Shown here one piece after another: positions 1 through 9,673 of a stretch of 32,000 bases of DNA. The translations under genes were made by a program, and so were the position numbers. The notes beneath the pieces are model-generated. The model made no database searches, was not told the origin of the DNA, and saw only the letters and a program-made list of their open reading frames with translations. This DNA is from Microcystis aeruginosa NIES-2549 (lineage in GTDB: Bacteria; Cyanobacteriota; Cyanobacteriia; Cyanobacteriales; Microcystaceae): contig NZ_CP011304.1 of NCBI RefSeq assembly GCF_000981785.2, forward strand, positions 870,001-902,000, written 5' to 3'. The first letter of the stretch is position 1. The number at the start of each line of letters is the position of its first letter.

Positions 1-36
1 GCACTCAAACCATTTACCATTAACCCTTTTCTTTTG

Positions 37-786
37 ATGAAAATAAAACAACTCGGCATTGTCTCCGCCGGGGTTGCCCTGGCAACTCTGGGAACCAGTG
101 CGGCACAAGCTGCTTTGGTGGTCGTCCCTCCCGACTTGGCCGTTGGCGATCAGTATCGTTTGGTGTTTGTCACTGAAGGCAAACGGGATGCAACAAGCAC
201 CGACATCGATGACTACAATAACTTTGTCACCAGTCAAGTGTTGCCAGCAGGGACGACTGATACGGCTCTCTATCAGGCTTTAAAGATAGCAGGAATTGAC
301 CCGAATACGATTACTTGGAAGGCGATCGGTTCTACTGCTTCAGTCGATGCCCGTGATAATACGGGTACTAATCCGACATTGAGTACGGGTGTTCCGATCT
401 ATCTCATAGATGGCAACCGGGTCGCCAACAATAATGCCGATCTCTGGGATGGCAGCATCCAAACCGCTATCAATCGCACTCCTGACGATTGGCAATTGAA
501 TGAGCCAGTCTGGACAGGGACCAATAACAATGGAACAGCGGAGAATGGAAGACTTGGTGGTGGCTCCCTGGGGCAAGTAAGATACGGGCGCGCCAGTTCG
601 ATTACAGCTGAGTGGATTACCATGGACGATTCCAACCGCTTTGGTATCAGCCGGTTATATGGCATCTCCTCCGTGCTGACAGTTCCGACTCCAGCAGTCA
701 CTGTCCCCGAACCCTCTAGCCTTCTTGGTTTTATCACACTGGGCGGTTTAATGTTAGGAGGTGCTGTCCGCAAAGCTAGAAAATAA
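37..786 (+). CDS. PEP-CTERM sorting-domain secreted protein
   Basis: ATG at 37 (an in-frame TTG lies at 34). The N-terminal signal peptide is MKIKQLGIVSAGVALATLGTSAAQA. The C-terminus VPEPSSLLGFITLGGLMLGGAVRKARK gives a PEP motif, a hydrophobic helix and a basic tail. Confidence 0.8.
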   Translation: MKIKQLGIVSAGVALATLGTSAAQAALVVVPPDLAVGDQYRLVFVTEGKRDATSTDIDDYNNFVTSQVLPAGTTDTALYQALKIAGIDPNTITWKAIGSTASVDARDNTGTNPTLSTGVPIYLIDGNRVANNNADLWDGSIQTAINRTPDDWQLNEPVWTGTNNNGTAENGRLGGGSLGQVRYGRASSITAEWITMDDSNRFGISRLYGISSVLTVPTPAVTVPEPSSLLGFITLGGLMLGGAVRKARK

Positions 787-796
787 TGCCCCAAGG

Positions 797-829
797 GAGA
801 GGAGACGCGGGTTTCCTCTCTCTTTTTTT
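797..829 (+). terminator. Rho-independent terminator after the PEP-CTERM gene
   Basis: Stem gagagga (797-803) pairs with tcctctc (814-820) around a 10-nt loop. A run of seven T follows at 823-829. Confidence 0.6.
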
Positions 830-833
830 GGGG
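811..833. repeat. 23-nt direct repeat, copy 1 (gtttcctctctctttttttgggg)
   Basis: Identical 23-mer recurs at 2373-2395. Copy 1 forms the right arm and T-run of the terminator hairpin. Confidence 0.85.
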
Positions 834-894
834 GTTATGAGTAGCATCTCAGTCACGAATTATGCTAGGATTCGCCCTAGAATGATAAAAAATC

Positions 895-1012
895 ATGACT
901 ACACAAGCAACAGTAATCCAAGGCACGGCCAGGGAAATTAGAGAAGCACTGGCGCTTATACCAGATGATGAAATTGTCCGCCTTATGGTGGGTCGTCCCA
1001 GCTTATCTATTA
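895..1012 (+). pseudogene. 5' part of a small putative antitoxin gene interrupted by an IS element
   Basis: ATG at 895 opens MTTQATVIQGTAREIREALALIPDDEIVRLMVGRPSLSI, then reads into the IS inverted repeat. The frame continues at 2162 once the IS is removed in silico. Confidence 0.6.
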
Positions 1013-2156
1013 GACCTCTCCAAAAATTTATAAGTCAGTCACAGCAAGGAAGAGAGGCAGATTAGACCAAGAGTCAAAATTAGCTCTCAAAACCGATTAA
1101 TCAGGGTTTGAAGAGACAAAATCCAATTTTGACGGAAAACTATGGCTAATTATAACGTCAATTACTTCCCCTGATTGCTCCCCTTCTATTACTTCTAAAA
1201 TTAGCGCACTAATTCTCAACCTTACTAAGCCACAAACGGTCAGTAAAACCGATTTATATCGACTTTTATTTAATCTAAATCTTTCTTGAACTACTTTAAA
1301 TACTTTGACAACTCGAATTAAATGCTCAACAAAAATTCGCCGAGATGATAAAACTTTATTTTCTTTAATTTGATTCTCGGTTAATTCTCCATTCTTAGGT
1401 TTTTTATCAGGAGTTCTGATTTGATTTTCTCCTAGGTAAGCTTTATCTCCAATAAAAGTTTGTTGAGAATCGAATTTGCTTAAAGTTTGCCGACAGATTT
1501 TTATGTCGCTCGTCGGACCAGGTTGACCAATAACTACATCAACAATATCTTCAGCTTTTGGCAAGACAATAAATTGACTTTTTAAAGTATGTCTTTTTTG
1601 CTTTCCCGAATAATATATTTTTTGTTCTTGATAATCGGTCGGCCTCTCCACGGGCTGTTCTGCGCTATCGACAATCAACTCATAATCCCTTAATTGTTCA
1701 ATTATTATTTCCTCTTCTTGGCACTTCTTTATTTGTTCTAACAAACTTGGCGGTAACTCTCCTTCAAAAAGTTTTTGCCAATAGGTAAAGATATTATGAG
1801 CCGTTGATTCACTCACTTGAAATATTAGTCCTAAGATTTGAAAGCTTAGATGATGTCTTAAATAAACCAACATTAGAACAATTTGTTCCTCTTCTGATAA
1901 TTTAGGAGGTGTTCCGCTTCCTGGTTGATTAATCCTAATTTTGGTTTTTTCGATTTCTGATTGGTTTTTCCGATGTATAAGTTTTCCAAGTGCCATCAGT
2001 TGTTCTAGTTGTTGGTAGTCAATTCCTAATAGTCTTTTAGTTTGTTTCGGATATTTTTGAATGTATTCCCAAGTGTAGTTTTTCATGGCTTTTTTGAGTT
2101 ACTATTTGTTTTATTATATCCTATATATTGTGATTTAATTAAATTATGGAGAGGTC
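1013..2156 (-). mobile_element. Insertion sequence (about 1.14 kb) with a single DDE transposase gene
   Basis: Terminal inverted repeats are gacctctccaaaaatttataa (1013-) and the reverse complement of 2156- (gacctctccataatttaatta). The first 10 nt are identical and about 16 of 21 match overall. It is flanked by the 5-bp direct repeat tatta at 1008-1012 and 2157-2161. Confidence 0.75.
1097..2086 (-). CDS. DDE transposase (HTH_Tnp_4 / DDE_Tnp_4, PIF-Harbinger-like, IS5-superfamily; family call tentative)
   Basis: 329-aa ORF filling the IS. It has an N-terminal HTH-like region (LSEEEQIVLMLVYLRHHLSFQILGLIFQVSESTAHNIF). Candidate catalytic residues sit in IVDSAEQPVERP, FIGDKAYLG and FVEHLIRVVKVFK. 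Confidence 0.75.
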   Translation of the reverse strand: MKNYTWEYIQKYPKQTKRLLGIDYQQLEQLMALGKLIHRKNQSEIEKTKIRINQPGSGTPPKLSEEEQIVLMLVYLRHHLSFQILGLIFQVSESTAHNIFTYWQKLFEGELPPSLLEQIKKCQEEEIIIEQLRDYELIVDSAEQPVERPTDYQEQKIYYSGKQKRHTLKSQFIVLPKAEDIVDVVIGQPGPTSDIKICRQTLSKFDSQQTFIGDKAYLGENQIRTPDKKPKNGELTENQIKENKVLSSRRIFVEHLIRVVKVFKVVQERFRLNKSRYKSVLLTVCGLVRLRISALILEVIEGEQSGEVIDVIISHSFPSKLDFVSSNPD

Positions 2157-2253
2157 TATTATTGCCAGAAAATTACAGCACGAGGCCGCAACTCTTGGCA
2201 TAACAGCTGCGGAACACGACGCACTCATGGCATCGTTAAAAGATGATTTGTGA
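2157..2253 (+). pseudogene. 3' part of the IS-interrupted putative antitoxin gene
   Basis: Reads ..IIARKLQHEAATLGITAAEHDALMASLKDDL, with the stop TGA at 2251-2253. The stop overlaps the ATG at 2253 of the downstream PIN ORF (tgatg coupling). Confidence 0.6.
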
Positions 2254-2372
2254 TGCGGGTTGTTGTTGATACCAATATTCTTGTCAGTTTCGCCATCCGT
2301 CCGAACGAAAATTTTGAGCAAATGTTCAATTTTTTGGCGAGACAGGGCATTACCTTGATTTCCGATGATACA
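2253..2372 (+). pseudogene. Truncated PIN-domain toxin (N-terminal ~40 codons only)
   Basis: MRVVVDTNILVSFAIRPNENFEQMFNFLARQGITLISDDT matches the N-terminal acidic DTN(I/V)L motif of PIN-family toxins. Similarity ends at 2372, where the 23-nt repeat copy begins. The remainder of track ORF 2250..2525 is read-through. Confidence 0.6.
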
Positions 2373-2395
2373 GTTTCCTCTCTCTTTTTTTGGGG
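2373..2395. repeat. 23-nt direct repeat, copy 2
   Basis: Identical to 811-833. The left hairpin arm seen at copy 1 is absent here. Confidence 0.85.
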
Positions 2396-2442
2396 TTTCA
2401 TGGGAAGATCGGGAAAGCTTGCTAGGTGCAATCCCGATCATC

Positions 2443-3357
2443 ATGAAACGAGACTCGATATTTTACCGGCTTTTTCAACAATCCCCCTCCCTTCTCTTCG
2501 ATTTACTGGAAAACCCGCCAGATAATGCCACCGAATACCGCTTTGACTCCGTAGCCGTCAAAGAACCCAAATTTGAGATCGATGGCGTATTCCTGCCACC
2601 CGATAATGATAGTAGCGGGGTAATCTATTTTTGCGAAGTGCAATTTCAAAAAGACGAACGACTCTATGAAAGGGTATTTGGTGAATCATTTTTGTATTTT
2701 TATCGTCAGCGAGAACGATTTGCCGATTGGCAAATTGTTGTCATCTATCCCACCCGTAGCCTAGAACAAAGTAACACCCATCCCTACCGAGCGCTGCTCA
2801 ATTGTCCTCAGGTGCATCGAATTTATCTGAACGAATTAGGGGAAATTCAGCAGTTACCCCTAGGGGTTGCCTTGATGGTACTCACTACTGTGGAAGAAAC
2901 CCAAGCACCAGAAAAAGCCCGCTATTTACTGGCACGAACCCAAGAGCAAATTGCAGATACAGAAGCCAGTCGCGCCATAATAGAAATGATTGCCACAATT
3001 ATGGTCTATAAATTTACTAACTTGAGTCGGCAGGAGGTGGAAGCGATGCTAGGACTACAATTGGCAGATACAAGGGTATATCGTGAAGCCAAGGAAGAAG
3101 GACGACTGGAAGGACAACTGGAAGGACGACTGGAAGGACGACTGGAAGGACGACTGGAAGGACGACTGGAAGGGGAATCTGCCCTGATTTTGCGTCTGTT
3201 GCAACGTCGCTTTGGTGCAGTGGATGAGGTGTTGGCTGCCCGAATTCAGGCTCTAGAAATCGAGCAATTAGAGTCCTTAGCTGAGGCTTTGTTGGATTTT
3301 ACAACCTTAAACGACCTAGTGCTTTGGCTAAATCGCTACTCGCAACCGCTTAACTAA
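2443..3357 (+). CDS. Rpn-family recombination-promoting nuclease / putative transposase (DUF2887 N-terminus, DUF4351 C-terminus)
   Basis: Start set at ATG 2443 (MKRDSIFYRLFQQSPSLLFDLL, the typical family N-terminus). It has a PD-(D/E)XK-like core (FCEVQFQKDE). The C-terminus LILRLLQRRFGAVDEVLAARIQALEIEQLESLAEALLDFTTLNDLVLWL is typical of DUF4351. Confidence 0.75.
   Translation: MKRDSIFYRLFQQSPSLLFDLLENPPDNATEYRFDSVAVKEPKFEIDGVFLPPDNDSSGVIYFCEVQFQKDERLYERVFGESFLYFYRQRERFADWQIVVIYPTRSLEQSNTHPYRALLNCPQVHRIYLNELGEIQQLPLGVALMVLTTVEETQAPEKARYLLARTQEQIADTEASRAIIEMIATIMVYKFTNLSRQEVEAMLGLQLADTRVYREAKEEGRLEGQLEGRLEGRLEGRLEGRLEGESALILRLLQRRFGAVDEVLAARIQALEIEQLESLAEALLDFTTLNDLVLWLNRYSQPLN
3097..3173 (+). 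repeat. 12-nt in-frame tandem repeat (gaaggacgactg, about 6.4 copies) encoding (EGRL)n
   Basis: Copies start at 3097, 3109 (one substitution, g to a), 3121, 3133, 3145 and 3157. A partial copy follows at 3169-3173. Confidence 0.95.
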
Positions 3358-3473
3358 ACTTAGTCAAACCTAAGCCACCTGAAAGGGTGAGTTAGGAAAT
3401 TTTGATGGCCAAATATCCATCCCTGACGATGGGTGACAAGGGCAATTCTTGTCAGAGGGCAGATAAAAGTTTA

Positions 3474-3555
3474 TGCGGATGGCGAGACTCGAACTCGCAA
3501 GGCGTAAGCCACACGCCCCTCAAACGTGCGTGTCTACCAGTTCCACCACATCCGC
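3474..3555 (-). tRNA. tRNA-Leu (anticodon GAG)
   Basis: The reverse complement folds as a class II cloverleaf. The acceptor stem is GCGGATG/CATCCGC. The anticodon stem CACGT/GCGTG carries the loop TTGAGGG, giving anticodon GAG. It also has a long variable arm (GGC-TTAC-GCC), a T-arm GCGAG-TTCGAGT-CTCGC and discriminator A. CCA is not encoded. Confidence 0.9.
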
Positions 3556-3572
3556 TTGATTTTAGCTTAACC

Positions 3573-3602
3573 ATTATAGCACAGAAAAAAAATAATCTGC
3601 AA
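3573..3602 (-). promoter_or_regulatory. Possible sigma70-type promoter for tRNA-Leu
   Basis: On the minus strand, TATAAT (complement of 3573-3578) lies about 18 nt upstream of the tRNA 5' end. TTGCAG (complement of 3597-3602) lies 18 nt further upstream. This rests on sequence motifs only. Confidence 0.25.
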
Positions 3603-3609
3603 GCAAATT

Positions 3610-4290
3610 TTAAAAATTACTGCCGCACAAGCTTCGCGCCACCTGAGTTAGTACGGATAAACCTTTTAGGGAACCTTGAATCAAATGGAAGGCCGGGAGA
3701 GGACGGATTAACATTTGTCGAGCTAGGGGCAATGGTAGCAGCTGACCTTGATTATCAATTGCCGGGGCTAAATCGGGTAAGTCCTGTGTCACCTCGTCGC
3801 TAATCACGCGCACAATTGCCACTTTTTGCCCGCGTAAAGCCGCTAAAATCCTTGCTCCTTCCATATCTACCACTTCATAGCCACCCTGTCCTAAACGTCG
3901 TTTTTCCTCGGACTGGCTAATCAGGCGATCGCTGGTTAAACCTTTAACGAGACTATATCCGGTTAATTGGGCGATTTCTGCGGTTATTTCTGGTTCGCAC
4001 TGCCAATAACTCCCCTTTTCTGCGCCACAACCTTGATAGATTACCCCATCTCCGACTCGATAGCGATCGCTGAGACTGCCCGCTAATCCCATCAGCACAA
4101 TTTTTCCTGTAAACTTATTAAGAAATTCTAGAGATTGCCTAGAGACTGGGGAACTGTCGAGGAATTCTGGAGCGCCAAGGTTAATCGGGATAATTTGCGG
4201 GGCTAAATCGCCTATTTTCCTTAATCCTCGACGGATTGAGCTATGCTCGGCCCCCCGGGGAACGAGAATAATATCTTCAGGTGTGAGCAT
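3610..4290 (-). CDS. Phosphorylase-superfamily (PNP_UDP_1 / nucleosidase-like) protein
   Basis: 226-aa ORF. The motifs VLMGLAGSL and VVDMEGARIL resemble the MTA/SAH-nucleosidase and purine-phosphorylase fold. Substrate is unknown. Confidence 0.55.
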   Translation of the reverse strand: MLTPEDIILVPRGAEHSSIRRGLRKIGDLAPQIIPINLGAPEFLDSSPVSRQSLEFLNKFTGKIVLMGLAGSLSDRYRVGDGVIYQGCGAEKGSYWQCEPEITAEIAQLTGYSLVKGLTSDRLISQSEEKRRLGQGGYEVVDMEGARILAALRGQKVAIVRVISDEVTQDLPDLAPAIDNQGQLLPLPLARQMLIRPLPAFHLIQGSLKGLSVLTQVARSLCGSNF

Positions 4291-4413
4291 GAAATTTTTG
4301 AGAAAGTTTCCTAATTAGTCCATTGAGATGTTATAAACAATAATAGTGAACTAATTAGGAATAATTCTTAAGTAAATAGCCCTGCCACTGACTGGGCAAT
4401 TGTCTTTCCCACC

Positions 4414-5469
4414 ATGAAAAAGTCTGTAATTCTGCGTTTATCCGAGGTTAACAAGCGTTTTCCCGCTTCTCCTACTCTAGCTGTCGATAATATCAGTTTT
4501 AGTTTAACAGAGGGCGAAATTCTCGGATTATTGGGTCCGTCGGGCTGCGGTAAAACCACTCTACTGCGGATGATTGCGGGATTTGAAAAACCATCTCAAG
4601 GAGTGATTGAATTGGGAGGGCGAATAGTTGCCGACGAAAAAACCTTTATTCCTCCGGAAAAACGCAATACGGGCATGGTTTTTCAGGATTACGCTCTTTT
4701 TCCCCATTTAACCATCGCTGACAATATCGCCTTTGGGTTAAAAAATTCTGGGGAGAAATTATCGAGCAGAGCTATTAACGCGAGGGTGGCGGAAACTTTG
4801 GATTTAGTCGGACTGCAAGGACTAGAAAAACGTTATCCCCATCAGCTATCGGGAGGACAACAGCAAAGAGTCGCCCTCGCCCGCGCTTTAGCCCCAAAAC
4901 CCTCTTTAATCCTCTTAGATGAACCTTTAAGTAATCTCGATGTGCAGGTACGGCAACGCTTACGGCACGAGATCCGTCATATCCTGAAAGCGACTGGTAT
5001 CTCGGCCATTTTTGTCACCCACGACCGGGAGGAAGCAATGGTGATCAGTGACACAATTGCGGTCATTTGTCAAGGAAAATTAGAACAAATTAACAATCCC
5101 GAAGCAATTTATAGTCATCCGGCCTCGCGATTCGTGGCCGAGTTTGTCACCCAAGCTAACTTTCTCCCCGCTAGACGGAAGGGTGGACAATGGCAAACCG
5201 AGATAGGAGTCTGGGAAATTGCCGATGGTCAAGATTTGGACAAAGGGGAATTGATGTTGAGAGAGGAAGATGTCAAAATTAACCCGGATGAGACGGGAAA
5301 TCTGGTTATTTGCGATCGCCAATTTTTGGGGCGGGAATACCGTTATTGTCTGCTAACGGCCACCGGCAGCCAAATCCACGCTAGAACAACGATTAACACC
5401 CAATTAGACATCGGTACAAAGGTAAAACTATCAATTATTCCCGATAGCGTCCGTGTATTTGCCGACTGA
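4414..5469 (+). CDS. ABC transporter ATP-binding protein (PotA/FbpC/CysA-like with a C-terminal TOBE-type domain)
   Basis: Walker A GPSGCGKTT, signature LSGGQQQRV, Walker B LILLDEP and H-loop VTHD. No permease or binding-protein gene is adjacent. Confidence 0.85.
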   Translation: MKKSVILRLSEVNKRFPASPTLAVDNISFSLTEGEILGLLGPSGCGKTTLLRMIAGFEKPSQGVIELGGRIVADEKTFIPPEKRNTGMVFQDYALFPHLTIADNIAFGLKNSGEKLSSRAINARVAETLDLVGLQGLEKRYPHQLSGGQQQRVALARALAPKPSLILLDEPLSNLDVQVRQRLRHEIRHILKATGISAIFVTHDREEAMVISDTIAVICQGKLEQINNPEAIYSHPASRFVAEFVTQANFLPARRKGGQWQTEIGVWEIADGQDLDKGELMLREEDVKINPDETGNLVICDRQFLGREYRYCLLTATGSQIHARTTINTQLDIGTKVKLSIIPDSVRVFAD

Positions 5470-5588
5470 TAACTGATACTAAATCCTGTTTAAGGGGTGT
5501 GGGGTGTGGGGAAGGAAACCTCTTTCATCTGTGGGGGTGAAAATTTTTTCATCGGGACTGACTCCTGAATTCCGATCGGTCTCTCCAG

Positions 5589-6494
5589 CTAATATTGATA
5601 TCGATCGCGATTTAGGACTAGGGTGGCATTTTTAGCGACAAAATCAATAATTTTTTTGGCCACATCCACACCGGTGGCCGCTTCTATTCCTTCTAAACCG
5701 GGAGAGGAATTCACCTCGATAACCACAGGCCCGTGATTGGACCGTAATAAGTCCACACCGGCAACCCGTAAACCCATAGCTTTAGTGGCCCGTATGGCCG
5801 TACTGCGTTCCTCTGGGGTTAATTTTATCTTTTCTGCTTTGCCACCCCGGTGAAGATTAGAACGAAAATCCCCCTCGGCCCCCTGTCGTTTCATCGAGGC
5901 TACCACTTTTCCATCGATGACAAAACAGCGCAGATCCGCCCCACTGGCCTCTTTAATATACTCTTGTACTAGAATATTAGCCTCTAATTGCCGAAAAGCT
6001 TCAATAACTGACTTGGCTGCTTGGTCTGTTTCCGCTAAGACTACCCCAATACCTTGGGTTCCTTCTAATAATTTAATCACCAGAGGGGTGCCGCCGACGG
6101 TTTCGATTAAACCATCGATATCTTCAATTGCGTGAGCAATTCCCGTCACCGGTAAACCTATCCCTTCCCGAGCGAGGATTTGCAGACAACGCAATTTATC
6201 CCGCGACCGGGAAATTGCTTGCGAGTCGTTGGCAGTAAAAACATTCATCACCTCGAATTGTCGGACGACTGCGGTTCCATAGAAGGTTTTTGAGGCGCCA
6301 ATGCGGGGAATAATTGCGTCGAAACTCTCCAAGGGTTGACCGTTATAGACCACCGTGGGTTTATGGGAGGTGATGTTCATGTAACAGCGCAAATAATTGA
6401 TCACTCGTACCTCATGGCCTTGAGCTTCTCCCGCTTCTTTCAGTCGCTTGGTCGAATAAAGAGAAGCGTCTTGGGATAAAATAGCGATTTTCAT
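5589..6494 (-). CDS. rimK: RimK-family ATP-grasp ligase (ribosomal protein S6--L-glutamate ligase type)
   Basis: 301 aa. The N-terminus [24 protein letters not shown] and the ATP-grasp motifs ([33 protein letters not shown]) are typical of RimK. Confidence 0.85.
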   Translation of the reverse strand: MKIAILSQDASLYSTKRLKEAGEAQGHEVRVINYLRCYMNITSHKPTVVYNGQPLESFDAIIPRIGASKTFYGTAVVRQFEVMNVFTANDSQAISRSRDKLRCLQILAREGIGLPVTGIAHAIEDIDGLIETVGGTPLVIKLLEGTQGIGVVLAETDQAAKSVIEAFRQLEANILVQEYIKEASGADLRCFVIDGKVVASMKRQGAEGDFRSNLHRGGKAEKIKLTPEERSTAIRATKAMGLRVAGVDLLRSNHGPVVIEVNSSPGLEGIEAATGVDVAKKIIDFVAKNATLVLNRDRYQY

Positions 6495-6702
6495 AAATTT
6501 TCGCTTAAATATTGCTTTTAAAACTGAATAGCTCTCTATTCTCCCCTATTGGCTTGTTTGGCCGGTAACTCATAAAATTTCTGCTCTCGATCGAAGTCCA
6601 TCGATTATTATGGCACTGACAGTTCCCCTTGAACAGTTAGGTTAGGTGAAAAGTAAAAAAGATCAAGCTTAAGACTAGATTTGTTTTTGTCGTCAGGCTA
6701 AG

Positions 6703-6838
6703 TTTAAGTAGCTGGTTATAATTAAATTAAAAATGGATTTTGCCTTTAATCCCCCCTTAATAAGGTAGGGTTGATTCATGAATCAACCTTACCCTTGATA
6801 ACGGGGGTGTCTGATAATTTTTAACGCCTACCTACTTA
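6703..6838 (+). repeat. Dispersed ~135-145-nt palindrome-bearing repeat, copy A
   Basis: Matches the reverse complement of 19312-19456 over nearly its whole length. It contains the near-perfect 30-nt palindrome ggtagggttgattcatgaatcaaccttacc (6764-6793). Its last nucleotide is the A of the rlmN start codon. Confidence 0.9.
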
Positions 6839-7851
6839 TGACTTTACTAGCGAAATCTTTAGAGGAACTGACCGACTGGGTAAAAGACCAGGGACAACCC
6901 GCTTATCGGGGGAAACAATTACACCAATGGCTATACGAAAAAGGGGTACATTCTTTGGCGGATATTTCCGTATTCCCCCAAGAATGGCGCAGCAAGCTGG
7001 CAGACTATCCTATTGGTCGTTCCCTTATACATTATCGCAGTGTAGCACCCGATCGCACTCGTAAATATCTGCTAAAACTGGCGGATGGTTTAATTATCGA
7101 AGCGGTGGGAATTCCTAGTGAAAAAAGATTGACGGTCTGTGTTTCTTCGCAAGTGGGTTGCCCGATGGCCTGTGATTTTTGTGCCACGGGAAAAGGGGGT
7201 TTTACTCGTAATTTAAAAGCTCATGAAATCGTTGACCAAGTGTTAACAGTACAGGAGGATTTTCAGCAGCGAGTTAGTCATGTGGTATTTATGGGGATGG
7301 GGGAACCTTTATTAAATATCCCCGAAGTAGTTACGGCGATTCATTCCCTTAATAAAGATGTGGGTATCGGTCAGCGTTGTTTAACGATTTCTACCGTGGG
7401 ATTGCCCCATAAAATCAAGCAACTAGCGGAACATAATTTGCAAATAACTTTTGCTGTTAGTCTCCATGCTTCTAATCAACAAGTTCGAGCTAAATTAATC
7501 CCCAGTGCCGACCATTATCCCCTAAGTAATCTGATCCAAGACTGTCAGGAATACGTTCAAATCACGGGACGAAGGGTGACATTTGAATACATTCTTTTAG
7601 CGGGAGTGAATGATTTACCCGAACACGCAAGGGAATTAGTCAAACTGGTGAAAGGGTTTCAGTCTCACGTCAATTTAATCCCCTATAATCCCATTCAAGA
7701 GGTGGATTATCAACGGCCTGATGAAAAGAGAATTAAGGCTTTTAAAACTATTTTAGAACAGGAAAAAGTCGCCGTTACTGTCCGTTATTCGAGAGGTTTA
7801 GCGACCGATGCGGCCTGTGGACAATTGCGATCGAGCGTCATGGTACAATGA
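6838..7851 (+). CDS. rlmN: 23S rRNA/tRNA (adenine-C2)-methyltransferase RlmN (radical SAM)
   Basis: 337 aa with the radical-SAM cluster motif [11 protein letters not shown] and the C-terminal DAACGQLR motif. Confidence 0.9.
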   Translation: MTLLAKSLEELTDWVKDQGQPAYRGKQLHQWLYEKGVHSLADISVFPQEWRSKLADYPIGRSLIHYRSVAPDRTRKYLLKLADGLIIEAVGIPSEKRLTVCVSSQVGCPMACDFCATGKGGFTRNLKAHEIVDQVLTVQEDFQQRVSHVVFMGMGEPLLNIPEVVTAIHSLNKDVGIGQRCLTISTVGLPHKIKQLAEHNLQITFAVSLHASNQQVRAKLIPSADHYPLSNLIQDCQEYVQITGRRVTFEYILLAGVNDLPEHARELVKLVKGFQSHVNLIPYNPIQEVDYQRPDEKRIKAFKTILEQEKVAVTVRYSRGLATDAACGQLRSSVMVQ

Positions 7852-7939
7852 ACGGCCGTAAATCGGCCATTAACTAGATTGCTAGTCTCCCCGCTAGGCT
7901 AAACTAGAGAACTATAACATCAATGTAGGAGCCATTTCG

Positions 7940-8164
7940 ATGCAAAGTCTCTCTAGTGCCAAAGAAAATCGCCTTTTTGTCTATGAAGTCGTCGGTTTGA
8001 GTCAAAATGACAAGACTGATAACCTAGATTATTCTATCCGTAAGAGTGGCAGTGTCTTTTTAACTGTTCCCTATAGCCGCATGAATCAAGAAATGCGTCG
8101 GATTACCCGTTTAGGCGCTCGCATCGTCAGCATTAAACCCTTAAACGCAGCCGCGGCCGAGTAG
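7940..8164 (+). CDS. Stand-alone CpcD-type phycobilisome linker domain protein, paralogue of the PetH N-terminal domain
   Basis: 74 aa with GGAG 8 nt upstream of the ATG. Between NRLF and KPLN, 53 of 60 residues are identical to PetH residues encoded at 8476-8655. A 38-nt stretch is identical at nucleotide level (8078-8115 = 8590-8627). Confidence 0.85.
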   Translation: MQSLSSAKENRLFVYEVVGLSQNDKTDNLDYSIRKSGSVFLTVPYSRMNQEMRRITRLGARIVSIKPLNAAAAE

Positions 8165-8192
8165 TTGAAAAAATAATTATTGCTAATATCTG

Positions 8193-8234
8193 TCCCCCGC
8201 TCTTGTCCTGATCAGGCAAACTAGGGGGATTTTT
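8193..8234 (+). terminator. Possible terminator between the CpcD-like gene and petH
   Basis: Outer stem tccccc (8193-8198) pairs with ggggga (8224-8229) and encloses the palindrome cctgatcagg (8207-8216). A T-run follows at 8230-8234. Confidence 0.4.
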
Positions 8235-8403
8235 AGCATAAATGGGAAAAAGTAGCAGAAATCTTAATAAAAAGTAAAATGCTGCAAATGTAACAGATTT
8301 TAACCAGAGACTTGACCTATCCTCAAGAAAAGGATAAAAGCGATGTCTGTGGTTTTTTTAAGATAACTCTCAATTAGGCCTAGGTGTAGTGTACCGATGG
8401 TAG

Positions 8404-9651
<1,248 letters not shown>

Positions 9652-9673
9652 ACCAAAAAGGTTCTCTGAAAAT

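Noticed and set aside
59-794. ORFs 59..283 (+), 340..576 (-) and 399..794 (-) overlapping the PEP-CTERM gene
   Set aside because: They are off-frame or antisense shadows of a gene that has clear signal-peptide and PEP-CTERM features.
2365-2442. Upstream extension of the Rpn-family ORF (track start 2365)
   Set aside because: The extension consists of the repeat copy. The family-typical N-terminus MKRDSIFYRLFQ begins at ATG 2443.
2139-2444. Minus-strand ORFs 2139..2444 and 2225..2431
   Set aside because: They are antisense to the toxin-antitoxin remnants, have no ribosome-binding site or family signal, and span the repeat junction.
2250-2525. Full 91-aa ORF as an intact PIN toxin
   Set aside because: Only the first ~40 codons resemble PIN. 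After 2372 the frame reads through the 23-nt repeat copy and the start of the Rpn gene.
3097-3173. Possible CRISPR-like array
   Set aside because: These are contiguous 12-nt units without spacers, in frame inside a coding sequence. It is a coding minisatellite, not CRISPR. No CRISPR array is visible elsewhere in the window.
3402-3803. 133-aa + strand ORF from the track
   Set aside because: It runs antisense straight through the tRNA-Leu gene and then through the 3' end of the phosphorylase-family gene. It has no family resemblance.
5538-5556. A/T palindrome gtgaaaattttttcatc as a bidirectional terminator between the ABC ATPase gene and rimK
   Set aside because: The stem is almost entirely A-T and very short. 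It is too weak to call.
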